A stretch of 64,000 nucleotides of DNA from Alphaproteobacteria bacterium (GTDB lineage: Bacteria; Pseudomonadota; Alphaproteobacteria; MPNO01), in NCBI GenBank assembly GCA_965202905.1, contig OZ241868.1, positions 1,353,699-1,417,698 on the forward strand, read 5' to 3'. A model generated the notes under the pieces. The model saw only the letters and a program-made list of their open reading frames with translations. It did not search any database and was not told the origin of the DNA. Below, one piece after another: positions 28,433 to 38,520 of this stretch; the first letter of the stretch is position 1, and every line of letters begins with the position of its first letter. The position numbers were made by a program, and so were the translations under genes.

Positions 28433-29689
28433 TCACCGCGCGATCAGACCGACCCCCAGGCCGCCATGCCGGTGGGCCTCTTCGGCTTGCTGGGCGCGCT
28501 CCCAGTCGGCGATGTAGTCGCGGGTCAGCGGCGCCGCCGCCTGGTCGCGGGTGATCTGCATCTGGAAGACCATCTGGTTCCAGTACTTGAACGCCATCTC
28601 GCAGCCCGTGAGGTAGAACTCCCACATCCGGCAGAAACGCTCGTCGTATAGTGTGGCCGCGCGCTCGCGGTTGGCCTGGAACCGGTCGTGCCAATGCCCC
28701 AGGGTCTTGGCGTAGTGCAGCCGCAGGATCTCGATATCGGTGACGTAGAGTTTCTCGCGCTCGAGCGCGGCCAGGACCTCCGACATCGCCGGCGTGTAGC
28801 CGCCGGGGAAGATGTACTTGCGCAGCCAGGCGCTGGTCGCGCCCGGCGGCTCCATCCGGCCGATCGAATGCAGCAGGGCGATCCCGTCCTCGGCCAGAAG
28901 CTCGCGCAGCTTGGCGAAGAACTCGCGGAAATGCCCGGTGCCGACATGTTCGAACATGCCGACCGAAACGATCCGGTCGTAGGGTCCGGCCTGGTGGCGA
29001 TAGTCCTGCAGCAGGAAACGGACCCGGTCATCGAGCCCGGCGTCGGCCGCGCGCCGGACCGAGACGCGGTGCTGTTCCTCGGACAGGGTGACGCCGGTCA
29101 CCTGGAGATCGGCGAGCCCGGCGAGATAGAGCGCAAGCCCGCCCCAGCCGGAGCCGATGTCGAGCAGCCGCTGCCCCGATTCCAAACACAGCTTGGCCGC
29201 AAGATGGCGCTTTTTGTTGAGCTGGGCGGTCTCCAAGCTGTCGTCGTCCGAGGCGAAATAGGCGCACGAATACTGCCGGTCCTTGTCCAGGAACAGGTTG
29301 TAGAGCGTGTCCGAGAGGTCGTAGTGGTGGGCGACGTTGCGCCGGGCCCGGCCAACCGGGTTGTGCTGCTGTAGCCAGCGCATGCGGTAGTTCAGCCATT
29401 CCGAGAGCCTGAAGACCGGATTGTCGCTGGCCGCCTGGGCGTTGATGCAGCAAAACGCAATGAAATCGCCCAGCGTGCCCTCTTCGATCGTCAGCGTCTC
29501 ATCCATGTAGGCCTCGCCGACATGGAGCCAGGGGTTGGTGACGAGGCTGGTGTGCAGCCGGCGGTCGTGCAGCCGGACCGCGCAGCCCGGGCCGGGCGCA
29601 CCTTCGAAACAGTACGTCTTGCCATTCGCATCCGTCAGCGAAAGCCGGCCGACGGTGACGACCTTTTCCAATGCCCAGCGCAACAGCAT
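28433..29689 (-). CDS. cfa: cyclopropane-fatty-acyl-phospholipid synthase
   Basis: 418 aa; SAM motif LLDIGSGWGGLA; conserved Cfa C-terminal region. Confidence 0.9.
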   Translation of the reverse strand: MLLRWALEKVVTVGRLSLTDANGKTYCFEGAPGPGCAVRLHDRRLHTSLVTNPWLHVGEAYMDETLTIEEGTLGDFIAFCCINAQAASDNPVFRLSEWLNYRMRWLQQHNPVGRARRNVAHHYDLSDTLYNLFLDKDRQYSCAYFASDDDSLETAQLNKKRHLAAKLCLESGQRLLDIGSGWGGLALYLAGLADLQVTGVTLSEEQHRVSVRRAADAGLDDRVRFLLQDYRHQAGPYDRIVSVGMFEHVGTGHFREFFAKLRELLAEDGIALLHSIGRMEPPGATSAWLRKYIFPGGYTPAMSEVLAALEREKLYVTDIEILRLHYAKTLGHWHDRFQANRERAATLYDERFCRMWEFYLTGCEMAFKYWNQMVFQMQITRDQAAAPLTRDYIADWERAQQAEEAHRHGGLGVGLIAR

Positions 29690-30005
29690 CGTGAACGCTC
29701 CCTAACCCGTCCTGACGTCCCGGTCCTCTTGCCGCGGTTCGGTAGCCGCGTCTTGCCGCGCCGATTGGTTGTCCAAAACCCGCCCGGCAGCGCCGCTCAA
29801 CGAAAATTTATCCTCGTCCTTGTTGGTTTTCAATGCGTTGAGCGATGCCGCTTTGCCCACACGCGGGCCGACGCCGGAACGTCCTCACAGCGGCGGCCAG
29901 CGCCGGGAACAGCTTAGGAAAAGCCTCTTGCGACAGGGGCCACAACCGCGCGCCGGATGCGCCGGAAAGGATGGCCGGAACGATGGTCTCGGCCCAGTTT
30001 GCTGA

Positions 30006-31030
30006 GGAACCTCTGAATATGTCGGATGGGTGTACAGATTGAGTGCATGATTGTGGCCCGTTCATGTGGAGCTCGCAGTCATGCATCAGCAGACGTTTGC
30101 GATCTGGACTATGACAACAAGAAGCGCAGGACGCGGCGCGAGCGCTTCCTGGAGCGGATGGACAGGTTGATCCCGTGGGACCGTCTTGAGGCCCGGGTGG
30201 TGCCGGACGAGACGACGATCCTGAATTTCCGTCACCGTCTGGAGCATCACGGGCTCGGTCGTGGCCTGTTCGAGGAGATCAACGGCCATCTGGCCGAACA
30301 CGGCGTGATCTTGCGGGCAGGCGCGATCATCGACGCGCGCATCGTCGCAGCGCCGTCGGCGGCGAAGAACAAGGGGAAGGAACGTGACCCGGAGATGCAT
30401 CGGACCAAGAAGGGCAACCAGTGGTATTTCGGGATGAAGCTGCATATCGGCGTCGACAACCGGTTGAGGCCGGCGCACCGCCTGGAGGGCGCGGCGGCGA
30501 ACGTTCACGACCTCACGCCGTCCGCGCAACGCCTGCACGGCGAGGGGAAGGATTTGTCGGCGGACGCCGGCTGCCAGGGGATCGAGAAACGCACCGAATG
30601 CGAGAAACGCCAAGCAGGTTGGCGCATCGCCATGCGGCCGGGCAAACGGCGGGTTCTGGATCCCGACAGTGCGGCGGAGAAAGCCGAGCAGCGGAAGGTC
30701 AGCGTCCGCGCGAAGGTGGGGCATCCGTTTCGGCTGGCGCAGCGGGCGTTGGGGTATGACAAGGTGCGCTACCGGAGGCTGGAGAAGACTATTCGGCGGC
30801 TGGCGCTGCTGCCGGGCTTCTCGAACCCGATGACCGCGCGCCCGATGACCGCGCGCCCGCATCCGGCGTGACAGTGATGGGCGTAGTCTGCCCGGACGGC
30901 CCCCACGGGGCCGATCGGGGCGAAATGGCGACCATTACCGGCCCCGTGAACGCGCTCTCAAGGCGCAAACACCCAACAAACCGCAAAAACCTCCACCGTT
31001 GCGGAAAATACCTCCCAAACCAGAGGGTCC
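30006..31030 (+). mobile_element. IS5-family insertion sequence with ~165-bp internal in-frame deletion
   Basis: Imperfect terminal inverted repeats GGAACCTCTGAATAT (left) and reverse complement GGACCCTCTGGTTTG (right); ~1025 bp, equal to IS5 length (~1.2 kb) minus the deletion; flanks ctga / ctaa resemble the IS5 4-bp YTAR target duplication. Confidence 0.65.
30026..30871 (+). CDS. IS5-family transposase, internally deleted (likely defective)
   Basis: Aligns from memory to E. coli IS5 InsH; ~55 aa missing between WDRLEARV and VPDETTILNFRH; DDE region retained (MHRTKKGNQWYFGMKLHIGVD ... DAGCQG). Confidence 0.7.
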   Translation: MGVQIECMIVARSCGARSHASADVCDLDYDNKKRRTRRERFLERMDRLIPWDRLEARVVPDETTILNFRHRLEHHGLGRGLFEEINGHLAEHGVILRAGAIIDARIVAAPSAAKNKGKERDPEMHRTKKGNQWYFGMKLHIGVDNRLRPAHRLEGAAANVHDLTPSAQRLHGEGKDLSADAGCQGIEKRTECEKRQAGWRIAMRPGKRRVLDPDSAAEKAEQRKVSVRAKVGHPFRLAQRALGYDKVRYRRLEKTIRRLALLPGFSNPMTARPMTARPHPA

Positions 31031-31828
31031 CTAAATCCTCGGGCTGCCGGGAAGCCGGGTGAACCGCACCGGCATCATCGAGCGTTCGACCAGCCTGCCA
31101 TCCGGCGCCTTGCGGCCGAGGATCAGCTCCTGATGGTCCTCGGAGGCGCCCACGGGTGCGACGATTCTCCCGCCCGGCTTGAGCTGGCGGATCAGCGCGT
31201 CGGGGATGAAGTCGGTCGCTTGGCGGACGATGATCGCATCGAACTTGCGGTCGTCGACGCGCCAGCCGAAATAGGGATCGTGGTTTGCCAGCCGGACTTT
31301 GTCCTGGTAGCCTAGGCGGATCAGGCGGTTCATCGCCGCCGCCGCAACCCGGGGTTGGATGTCGACGATGCTCAGGCCGCCCACCAGCTCGGCGATGATC
31401 GCGGCGTGATAGCCGCCGCCGATTCCGAGCAGAAGCACCTCATCTCCCTTCTCGAGCGCGGCGAGGTCAGTCATCAGCGCAACGATGTATGGCTGGGAGA
31501 CCGTCTGGCCGAAGCCCACCGGCAGCGGCCGGTTCAGATAGGCGAACGAGGCCAGTTCGGGCGGGACGAACGCGTGGCGCGGCACGCGCGCCATGACATT
31601 GAGGACTCGCTGGTCAAGGGTCGACTTGCCGATCCAACCGCTGGTCAGTCGGGTCTCCGCGACGATGGTCTGGACCATCTTGCCACGGTTGGCCTTGAAA
31701 CCGCCCGCGATGCCGCCGCCGGCGGTTTCCCCCGCGGTCGGCCTTGCCTCCGCCGCGGCGTTGGCTGCCGTCGCCGCGATCGCCAAGCATGCCGTCGTTG
31801 CGGCCATTCCGCGCGCCAACCTGCCCAT
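31031..31828 (-). CDS. pcm: protein-L-isoaspartate O-methyltransferase with signal peptide
   Basis: GQTVSQPYIVALMTDLA and VLLLGIGGGY SAM motif; N-terminal signal-like segment. Confidence 0.85.
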   Translation of the reverse strand: MGRLARGMAATTACLAIAATAANAAAEARPTAGETAGGGIAGGFKANRGKMVQTIVAETRLTSGWIGKSTLDQRVLNVMARVPRHAFVPPELASFAYLNRPLPVGFGQTVSQPYIVALMTDLAALEKGDEVLLLGIGGGYHAAIIAELVGGLSIVDIQPRVAAAAMNRLIRLGYQDKVRLANHDPYFGWRVDDRKFDAIIVRQATDFIPDALIRQLKPGGRIVAPVGASEDHQELILGRKAPDGRLVERSMMPVRFTRLPGSPRI

Positions 31829-31936
31829 CGTTCCGGTCTCCCGCGCCGCTATCTTTCGGCTTTGGCGCTACTATACCTTCCCTGCGCCCGTCCTGTCGCC
31901 GAAACCGGTGAGGCTGCGGGCGCCGCGGAGAGCGCC

Positions 31937-32821
31937 GTGATCGTCGTCTTCGGCTCGATCAACGTCGACATCGCGCTGCCGGTCCCGGCGCTGCCGCGGC
32001 CGGGCGAGACGGTGCTGGGCGAAGGCTATGAGCTGTCGCCGGGCGGCAAGGGGACCAATCAGGCGCTGGCCGCCGCGCGGGCCGGCGCCGAGGTCGCGCT
32101 GCTCGGCCACGTCGGCCGGGACGGATTCGCCGAGACGGCGTTGTCGCTGCTACGTGGGGTGCGGTCGGCCGATGCGCCGACCGGGCTGGCCGCGATCGGC
32201 GTCGACTCCCGGGGCGACAACCAGATCATCGTCGCCAGCGGCGCCAACCGTCTGGCCCGCGCGCAGGATGTGCCCGACACAATGCTCGGACCCGCGGCGG
32301 TCGTCCTCATGCAGCTCGAGCTGCCGATCGCGGAGGTTGCCGCATTGGCCCCGGCGCGCCCATGCGCGCGGCGTGCGCGTGGTTCTCAACGCCGCGCCGG
32401 CCGCCCCCAGCACCGGACGATGTCCTGCGCGCGCTGGACGTGCTGGCGGTTAACCGGATCGAGGCCGGGCTGCTGGCCCAAACCCTGGGGATCGAGCCGG
32501 CCTCGGCTGACCCGCGCGCCCGTGAGATCGGCCGGCCCGTTGTCGTAACCCTGGGCGCGCAGGGCGCGGCGGCCTTCGGCGCTGAGCCAGACATCCGCGT
32601 CGGCGCGCTGCTGATCGAGTCGCGCGATGCAACCGGCGCCGGCGATGCCTTCATCGGCGCCTTCGCCGCGGTTCTCGACTTGCGGCGGGGAGATCGGGGA
32701 AGCGATGCGACACGGCGCGGTCGCCGGCGGGCTTGCCTGCCGACGGGCCGGCGCCCAGCAGGCGCTGCCGGGCCGCGCGGCGATCGAAGCGCGGCTGGCC
32801 GACCTCGCCGATCCGCTATAG
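31937..32821 (+). pseudogene. ribokinase/PfkB-family sugar kinase disrupted by three +1 frameshifts
   Basis: Frame 2: VIVVFGSINVDIA...GGKGTNQALAAARAG...; frame 0: RRAHARGVRVVLNAAPAAP; frame 1: PDDVLRALDVLAVNRIEAG...DATGAGDAFIGAFAAVLD; frame 2: GGEIGEAMRHGAVAGGLACRRAGAQQALP; frame shifts at ~32350, ~32400 and ~32685. Confidence 0.6.
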
Positions 32822-32823
32822 CG

Positions 32824-33546
32824 CTACGGAAAAAGCTCCCGAACCGCGATCCAGAGCATCGCCGGGCTGATGATTCCGAACAGGATCGCGATCGCCGTTT
32901 CCATGCTCCGCTGGGTGAACGCGCCCTGAAGCCGGGGCCCGATCTGGCCGCCGACGATCACGCTCGGGATCGTCCAGCAGACCAGATTCCAGGGCGCCGC
33001 GTGGACGCCGGCGGCGGCGATCAGCGCCGATATACGGGTGAACGACGCACACGCCATGGTGACGATCACGATCAGCACCGAAATTGCCGCGGCGACCGGC
33101 AGCGGGACCCGGTTCCGCCGGACGAGCTGGGGCATGACCGCCTCGCCGATGCCGACCGAGACCATGCCGGTCTCGGCCGCGCCCCGATCGGTCTCGCCCC
33201 GGTCCGTCTCGCCGGAATCCTCCGCCAGCGCCGTCTCGACCGGGGCGCGATGGCGCATCAGGATGAAGAAGAGCAGGATCATGAGGACCGCATAGGCGGC
33301 TTTGAGCCAGGACTGGTTAACTTGGTGGGCCAGCAACGCGCCGACGACGCCGACCGGCGCCGCGACCAGGATGAACGGCGCGGCCGCGCGGAAGTCGATC
33401 AGCCCGCGGCGGTAATAGCCGACGAAGCCCGATGAGAATCCGAACGCCTGGGTGAGCAGGGCCGCACCGCCGATGCCGCTCAACATCGCGGCGGTCGCGA
33501 CGCAGATCGAGACCGGGAACATGAACCAGTAGATCGCCCAGTCCAT
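32824..33546 (-). CDS. TauE/SafE-family (DUF81) membrane transporter
   Basis: 240 aa; two hydrophobic halves with a charged linker containing the tandem ETDRGETDRG. Confidence 0.75.
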   Translation of the reverse strand: MDWAIYWFMFPVSICVATAAMLSGIGGAALLTQAFGFSSGFVGYYRRGLIDFRAAAPFILVAAPVGVVGALLAHQVNQSWLKAAYAVLMILLFFILMRHRAPVETALAEDSGETDRGETDRGAAETGMVSVGIGEAVMPQLVRRNRVPLPVAAAISVLIVIVTMACASFTRISALIAAAGVHAAPWNLVCWTIPSVIVGGQIGPRLQGAFTQRSMETAIAILFGIISPAMLWIAVRELFP

Positions 33547-33608
33547 CGATACGGCCTCGCGATACGGCCCGCCGGCTCAGGCGTCGCGGCTGCGGTTCTC
33601 CGGCGGAG

Positions 33609-33926
33609 TCAATTCAGCGAGCCGGCGGACACGTAGCGGCCGTCCCGGAATCCGGTGAAAAGCCCTTCGACCGCCGGATGGTCGATCGGCCGCGGCGACT
33701 CCTCCGGGCCGAGATTGCGCTCGGCCACATAAGTCGCATGCGTGTGGCCGTCGACCAGGACATGGTACCAGGGGTCATGCTTGGGTGGCCGGCTCTTTGC
33801 CATCCGCTCGTACCACTCCTCGGTCCCCTCGAAGACCGCATCGACATCGTAGATCACGCCGCGGTATCCGAACAGGCGATGACGCACGAGCTGTCCGACG
33901 GAAAATCGGGCGGGTTGCTTTGGCAT
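33609..33926 (-). CDS. hspQ: heat-shock protein HspQ (hemimethylated-DNA-binding YccV-like domain)
   Basis: FSVGQLVRHRLFGYRGVIYDVD matches the HspQ N-terminus; start taken at MPKQPARF. Confidence 0.75.
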   Translation of the reverse strand: MPKQPARFSVGQLVRHRLFGYRGVIYDVDAVFEGTEEWYERMAKSRPPKHDPWYHVLVDGHTHATYVAERNLGPEESPRPIDHPAVEGLFTGFRDGRYVSAGSLN

Positions 33927-34285
33927 CCGGTGCCACGGCCGGCGGGGACCAGCCCGGTGATCCGGAATGGCCTCCGAACGCCCCCTTCGTCGCAAAATTC
34001 AGCGCGAAGACCCCCGCGGCTCCGCTTGCCGCAGATCGAATAACATGGATCGCGCCGCGCGAACAAGCCATCGGACGGCGCTATCGTCAGGCGCCGACGC
34101 TAGGTAATGGGCAAGGCGAAGTGGACCGGCGGCAAGGCCAGGCGGCGACAAACCCATCCCCCATGCAACCGCACAGGCACAGCATCGGAGCGGTATCCCC
34201 GCCCTCCGGCGGGCGCATCAACGCCCCTCCAAACCGAAACAACGTCACCGCTTCCCACCAGGGTTTGAGAAATACCGGCTACCGC

Positions 34286-35065
34286 CTATGCCGGATCGCG
34301 CTCCGGCGTGTCTCGGTTCAGGGCGATTAAACAGCCCGGCTGCGCGGCCCGGCCGCCCGCAGCGCGCACACCGCGGCGCCAGCGACCGGCGGCGCCAGCG
34401 ACCGGCGCCGCGGCATAGACCTGCTTGGTGGCCTCGACGAACAGGACTCCGCCCAGGCGCGGGAACCAGCCGCCGCCGATTCGCTCCATCGCGGACGCCG
34501 ACGCGATCAGGATGCGGCGGCCGCTGGGTGGCATGAACAGGCCGAACCGCACGCCCAGCGGATCGAACATCGTATCGCGTAGCAGCGTGGAAAGCTGCGC
34601 GTTGGTATAGGGATGGCCGTGCCCGAACGGCGTGCGGTCGAGCCGCGCCCAGATCCCGGTGCGGTTGGGAACGACCACCAGGAGGCAGGCGCCGTCGGCC
34701 ATCACCCGCCAGATCTCCCGCAGCATCGGCCGACGCTGTTCGGAGGATTCGAGCGCATGCACCAGAAGGACCCGGTCCATCGACATGTCGGGCAGCGGAA
34801 GCTCCGCTTCGTCGGTCAGCGCGGTCAGGTTGGGCGCATCGACCGGCCAGCGCAGCACCCCCTGGCGCGCCGGCATCACCGAGATCACCCGCGCCGCCTC
34901 GTCGCGGAAGGCGCCCAGATAGGGGCTCGTGTACCCCACGCCCAGGACGTTCATGCCAGCGACATCGGTCCAATGGCCGCGCAGGTGGTCGCGGATCACC
35001 CGCCGGGCGACCCGGCCCACCTTGGAGCGGTAGAAGTTCCTGAGATCGACGACGTTCGACCGCAT
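34286..35065 (-). CDS. class I SAM-dependent methyltransferase
   Basis: 259 aa; motif I VLGVGYTSPYL and overall methyltransferase-type fold. Confidence 0.6.
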   Translation of the reverse strand: MRSNVVDLRNFYRSKVGRVARRVIRDHLRGHWTDVAGMNVLGVGYTSPYLGAFRDEAARVISVMPARQGVLRWPVDAPNLTALTDEAELPLPDMSMDRVLLVHALESSEQRRPMLREIWRVMADGACLLVVVPNRTGIWARLDRTPFGHGHPYTNAQLSTLLRDTMFDPLGVRFGLFMPPSGRRILIASASAMERIGGGWFPRLGGVLFVEATKQVYAAAPVAGAAGRWRRGVRAAGGRAAQPGCLIALNRDTPERDPA

Positions 35066-35196
35066 CTCGGCACTTTAGCACAGTTGGCGACAGCACAGTT
35101 GGCGACCGCGCCGTGATTTGGTAGCCTGTCGCCATCTCCGCACCCGAAACCCGCCACGGTCCAGGGCGCCAGGGCAATTCCCAAGACGGTCGCATC

Positions 35197-35880
35197 ATGC
35201 AACTCCGCTATTCGCCAACATCTCCGTTCGTCCGCAAGGTCATGGTCCTGGCGGTCGAGACGGGGCTCGAGTCGTCGCTCGAACGAATCGAAGTCGACAC
35301 CTTCAACCCCGAGGATGTGCGTAACTCGCCGAACCCGCTGGGCAAGGTTCCCTGCCTGATCACCGACGACGGCGAGGTGCTGTTCGATTCGCCGGTCATC
35401 CTGGAATATCTCGACCGCCGCCATGACGGCCCGCCCCTGCTCGCCGCGGACGGTCCGGAGCGCTGGACCGCGCTGCGCCGCCAGGCGCTGGCCGACGGCA
35501 TCCTCGAAAGCGCCGTCCTGATCTTCGTCGAGGCCCTGCGCAAGCCGGAGCGGCGCTCGGCGGGATGGATCGCCCACAATAAGGCGGCTATCGACCGGGC
35601 GATCGACGCGCTGGAAGGCGAGGCGGCCGACCTCGCCGGCCCGTTCGATATCGGAACGATCGCGATCGCCGTGGCGCTCGCGTTCGTCGATCAGACCTTC
35701 CCGGAAGACGACTGGCGCGGTGGCCATGCCGCGCTCGCACGGTGGTTCGAGGAGGTTAACGCCCGCCCGTCGATGCGCCGGACGGCGCCGGTCAAAGCCG
35801 AGCGCCAGGGACCGCGTCGGCGGCCCGCAGCGACTGGGCTGTCGGAACGACAACGCGCTGAACTCTGCCGGAACCCGTAA
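35197..35880 (+). CDS. glutathione S-transferase
   Basis: 227 aa; N-terminal thioredoxin-like GST domain (SPFVRKV...GKVPCL) plus helical C-terminal domain. Confidence 0.8.
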   Translation: MQLRYSPTSPFVRKVMVLAVETGLESSLERIEVDTFNPEDVRNSPNPLGKVPCLITDDGEVLFDSPVILEYLDRRHDGPPLLAADGPERWTALRRQALADGILESAVLIFVEALRKPERRSAGWIAHNKAAIDRAIDALEGEAADLAGPFDIGTIAIAVALAFVDQTFPEDDWRGGHAALARWFEEVNARPSMRRTAPVKAERQGPRRRPAATGLSERQRAELCRNP

Positions 35881-36022
35881 CCTTCCGGCGATTGTACGAT
35901 CGACCGTGTTGCATTATGGTGGCTGTGGATTGAGGGGCGTCGAATTCACACAGCGGCACGGTCAACAAGCCATAGCAGGCAGGGCCAACCGAAGAGGCAA
36001 ACGATAAGGAGTTTGTCGAACG

Positions 36023-36919
36023 ATGCGAAACCTGGGACTTAGCACCGCGAGCGCGCTTGCGGCACTAATGCTGGCGGGCTGCGGCGGCTTGGAGTTGCAG
36101 AATGCCGAGTCGTTGTCCGCGCCGGGCGACACCTTCGACAAGGGTCTCTATACGGGGTACGTAGATCTGGCGAAGTCGGAGTACGCCGAGAGCGACTACC
36201 GCGATTCGGACACGTTTGCGGTCCGCGCCGCGCGGATCTCCGGCGGGGAGATCGTCGGTCCGGAAGAGATCTCGACGCGCGCGCTGCCCGAAGGCGCGGT
36301 CGTCGAACTGAGCGATGCGCGCAAGCGTCTGGTCGCGGCCCTGATCTCGGGCGCGCGGGAGAAGGCCCCGGCGGGTGCGGCCAATGCCCAGGTCATGTTC
36401 GACTGCTGGATGCAGGAGCAAGAGGAGAACTTCCAGCCCGAGGACATCGCGCGCTGCCGCGGCGGCTTCATGACCGCGATGGCGAAGATCGATGAGACGA
36501 TGAAGCCGGCGCCCAGGCCCGTCGCGGCCAGGCCGGCGACGCCCATCGTGGCGAAGCAGGCGCAGCATACGGCTCCCAAACCCGCCAGGCGGATTTTCGT
36601 CGTCTATTTCCCGTTCGACAGCGACAAGATCACGCCGACCTCCAGGCGCGTCATCCTGAACGCCATCGATGCGGCGAAGTCGATGGGCGCGAAGCGGGTC
36701 GCGGTCTCCGGCCATACCGATACCGCGGGCCCGAAACGCTACAACACCGCGCTGGCCGAGGCGCGGACGCGGGCGGTTGCCAACGCACTCGCCAAGGGCG
36801 GCTTCGAGGAGGGCCGCATGAATCTCGGCTCGTTCGGCGAAGCGCTGCCGGCGGTGGCGACCGGCGACGGGGTGCGCTATCAACAGAATCGCCGCGCGGT
36901 GATCGAAATCTCCCAATAG
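36023..36919 (+). CDS. OmpA-family lipoprotein
   Basis: Lipobox LMLAGCGG; C-terminal OmpA-like domain FPFDSDKIT...SGHTDTAGPKRYNTALAEARTRAV. Confidence 0.8.
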   Translation: MRNLGLSTASALAALMLAGCGGLELQNAESLSAPGDTFDKGLYTGYVDLAKSEYAESDYRDSDTFAVRAARISGGEIVGPEEISTRALPEGAVVELSDARKRLVAALISGAREKAPAGAANAQVMFDCWMQEQEENFQPEDIARCRGGFMTAMAKIDETMKPAPRPVAARPATPIVAKQAQHTAPKPARRIFVVYFPFDSDKITPTSRRVILNAIDAAKSMGAKRVAVSGHTDTAGPKRYNTALAEARTRAVANALAKGGFEEGRMNLGSFGEALPAVATGDGVRYQQNRRAVIEISQ

Positions 36920-36942
36920 CCCGCGCATAGCGGCACTCAGCG

Positions 36943-36969
36943 AAGGGGCGCCCGCGGGCGCCCCTTTTC
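36943..36969. terminator. bidirectional rho-independent terminator
   Basis: Perfect palindrome GGGGCGCCCGCGGGCGCCCC followed by TTTT (and preceded by AA), between the convergent ompA-like and thiolase genes. Confidence 0.7.
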
Positions 36970-36996
36970 TCGTCGGCGGTCGTGACGTGCAGGTGC

Positions 36997-38181
36997 TCAG
37001 TCGCGCTTCAGGCACATCGCAATGCCCATGCCGCCGCCAATGCACAGCGTCGCCAAGCCCTTGCGGGCGCCGCTGCGGACCATCTCGTGCACCAGCGTGA
37101 CCAGGATGCGCGCGCCGGACGCGCCGATCGGGTGGCCGATCGAGATCGCGCCGCCGTTGACGTTGACCTTTCCGGTGTCCCAGCCGAGCTCCTTGTTGAC
37201 TGCACAGGCCTGGGCGGCGAAGGCCTCGTTCGCCTCGATCAGGTCGAGGTCGTCCGGCGACCAGCCTGCCTTGTCGAGCGCCGCCCGGCTGGCCGGGATT
37301 GGCCCCGAGCCCATCAGTGCGGGATCGACCCCGGCCTGGGCCCACGACGCGATCCGGGCGAGCGGGGCAAGACCGCGCCGGGAGGCCTCATCGGCCGTCA
37401 TCAGCACCAGCGCCGCGGCGCCGTCGTTGATGCCCGAGGCGTTACCGGCGGTCACCGTCCCGTTGCGGTCGAAGGCCGGCCGCAGCCCGGCGAGCGTCTC
37501 AACGGTGGTGCCGGGCCGGGGATGTTCGTCCGCCACGACGCGCGTCTCGCCCTTCCTGTCGGCAACGACGACCGGAGCGATCTCCGTATCGAACCGGCCG
37601 GCCTTCTGCGCCGCCGCCGCCTTGCGCTGGGAGGCCGCGGCGAATTCGTCCTGCTGCTCGCGGGTGATCTGCCAGCGCCCGGCGACATTCTCCGCAGTGG
37701 CGCCCATGTGGTAGCCGTTGAAGACATCCCACAGCCCGTCCCGAATCATCGTATCGACCAGCTCGGCGTCGCCCATTTTGGTGCCGTTGCGCAGGTGCAG
37801 GCAATGCGGCGCGGCGCTCATGGACTCCTGGCCGCCGGCGATCACGATCTTCGAATCGCCCAGCGCGATCGCCTGCCCGCCCATCGCCACCGCGCGCAGG
37901 CCCGAGCCGCACACCTGGTTGACCCCCAGCGCCGGCGCCTCGATCGGCACCCCGGCCGCGATGGAGGCCTGCCGCGCCGGGTTCATGCCGGCGCCTGCGG
38001 CGAGAACCTGGCCCATAACGACCTCGGAGACCTCCTCGGGCGCGACGCCGGCGCGTTGCATCGCCGCGGTCATTGCGACCGTCCCGAGCTCGGCCGCCGA
38101 GCACATGCCGAGCGCGCCGTTGAAGGCGCCGACCGGCGTGCGCGCGGCGCCGACAATAACCACCCGTCCCATGCGATTCAC
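36997..38181 (-). CDS. phaA: acetyl-CoA C-acetyltransferase (thiolase II)
   Basis: 394 aa; thiolase N- and C-terminal signatures ([40 protein letters not shown]). Confidence 0.9.
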   Translation of the reverse strand: MNRMGRVVIVGAARTPVGAFNGALGMCSAAELGTVAMTAAMQRAGVAPEEVSEVVMGQVLAAGAGMNPARQASIAAGVPIEAPALGVNQVCGSGLRAVAMGGQAIALGDSKIVIAGGQESMSAAPHCLHLRNGTKMGDAELVDTMIRDGLWDVFNGYHMGATAENVAGRWQITREQQDEFAAASQRKAAAAQKAGRFDTEIAPVVVADRKGETRVVADEHPRPGTTVETLAGLRPAFDRNGTVTAGNASGINDGAAALVLMTADEASRRGLAPLARIASWAQAGVDPALMGSGPIPASRAALDKAGWSPDDLDLIEANEAFAAQACAVNKELGWDTGKVNVNGGAISIGHPIGASGARILVTLVHEMVRSGARKGLATLCIGGGMGIAMCLKRD

Positions 38182-38520
38182 CCTCCTCCGGCTGCGACCG
38201 GCGCACGATAGGCGGCGCCCGCCCGGCGCTCAAGGCTTGTGGCGTCGCGATCCGGCCGGCTACGGTCTTTTCTACTCTGCCGCCTCCGCGTGCCCGGAGC
38301 GGTCGGCCAGCGCCGCCGGCGCGCCGTCGTCGGTGCGGAACAGGACGACCGGGTCCTCGCAGATCGTCCGGGCGAGCAGATCCCGGCCGAGATCCCCGGC
38401 GAGCGAGGCGACGCACCAGGCATTGCGCAGAAACATCGGCGCTCTCCATACTGGTCGGCCGCCGCGACCCTGGACCCGGACTCCGCGCGCGCAAGTGCTT
38501 TGACGCGGAGAGAATCGATG

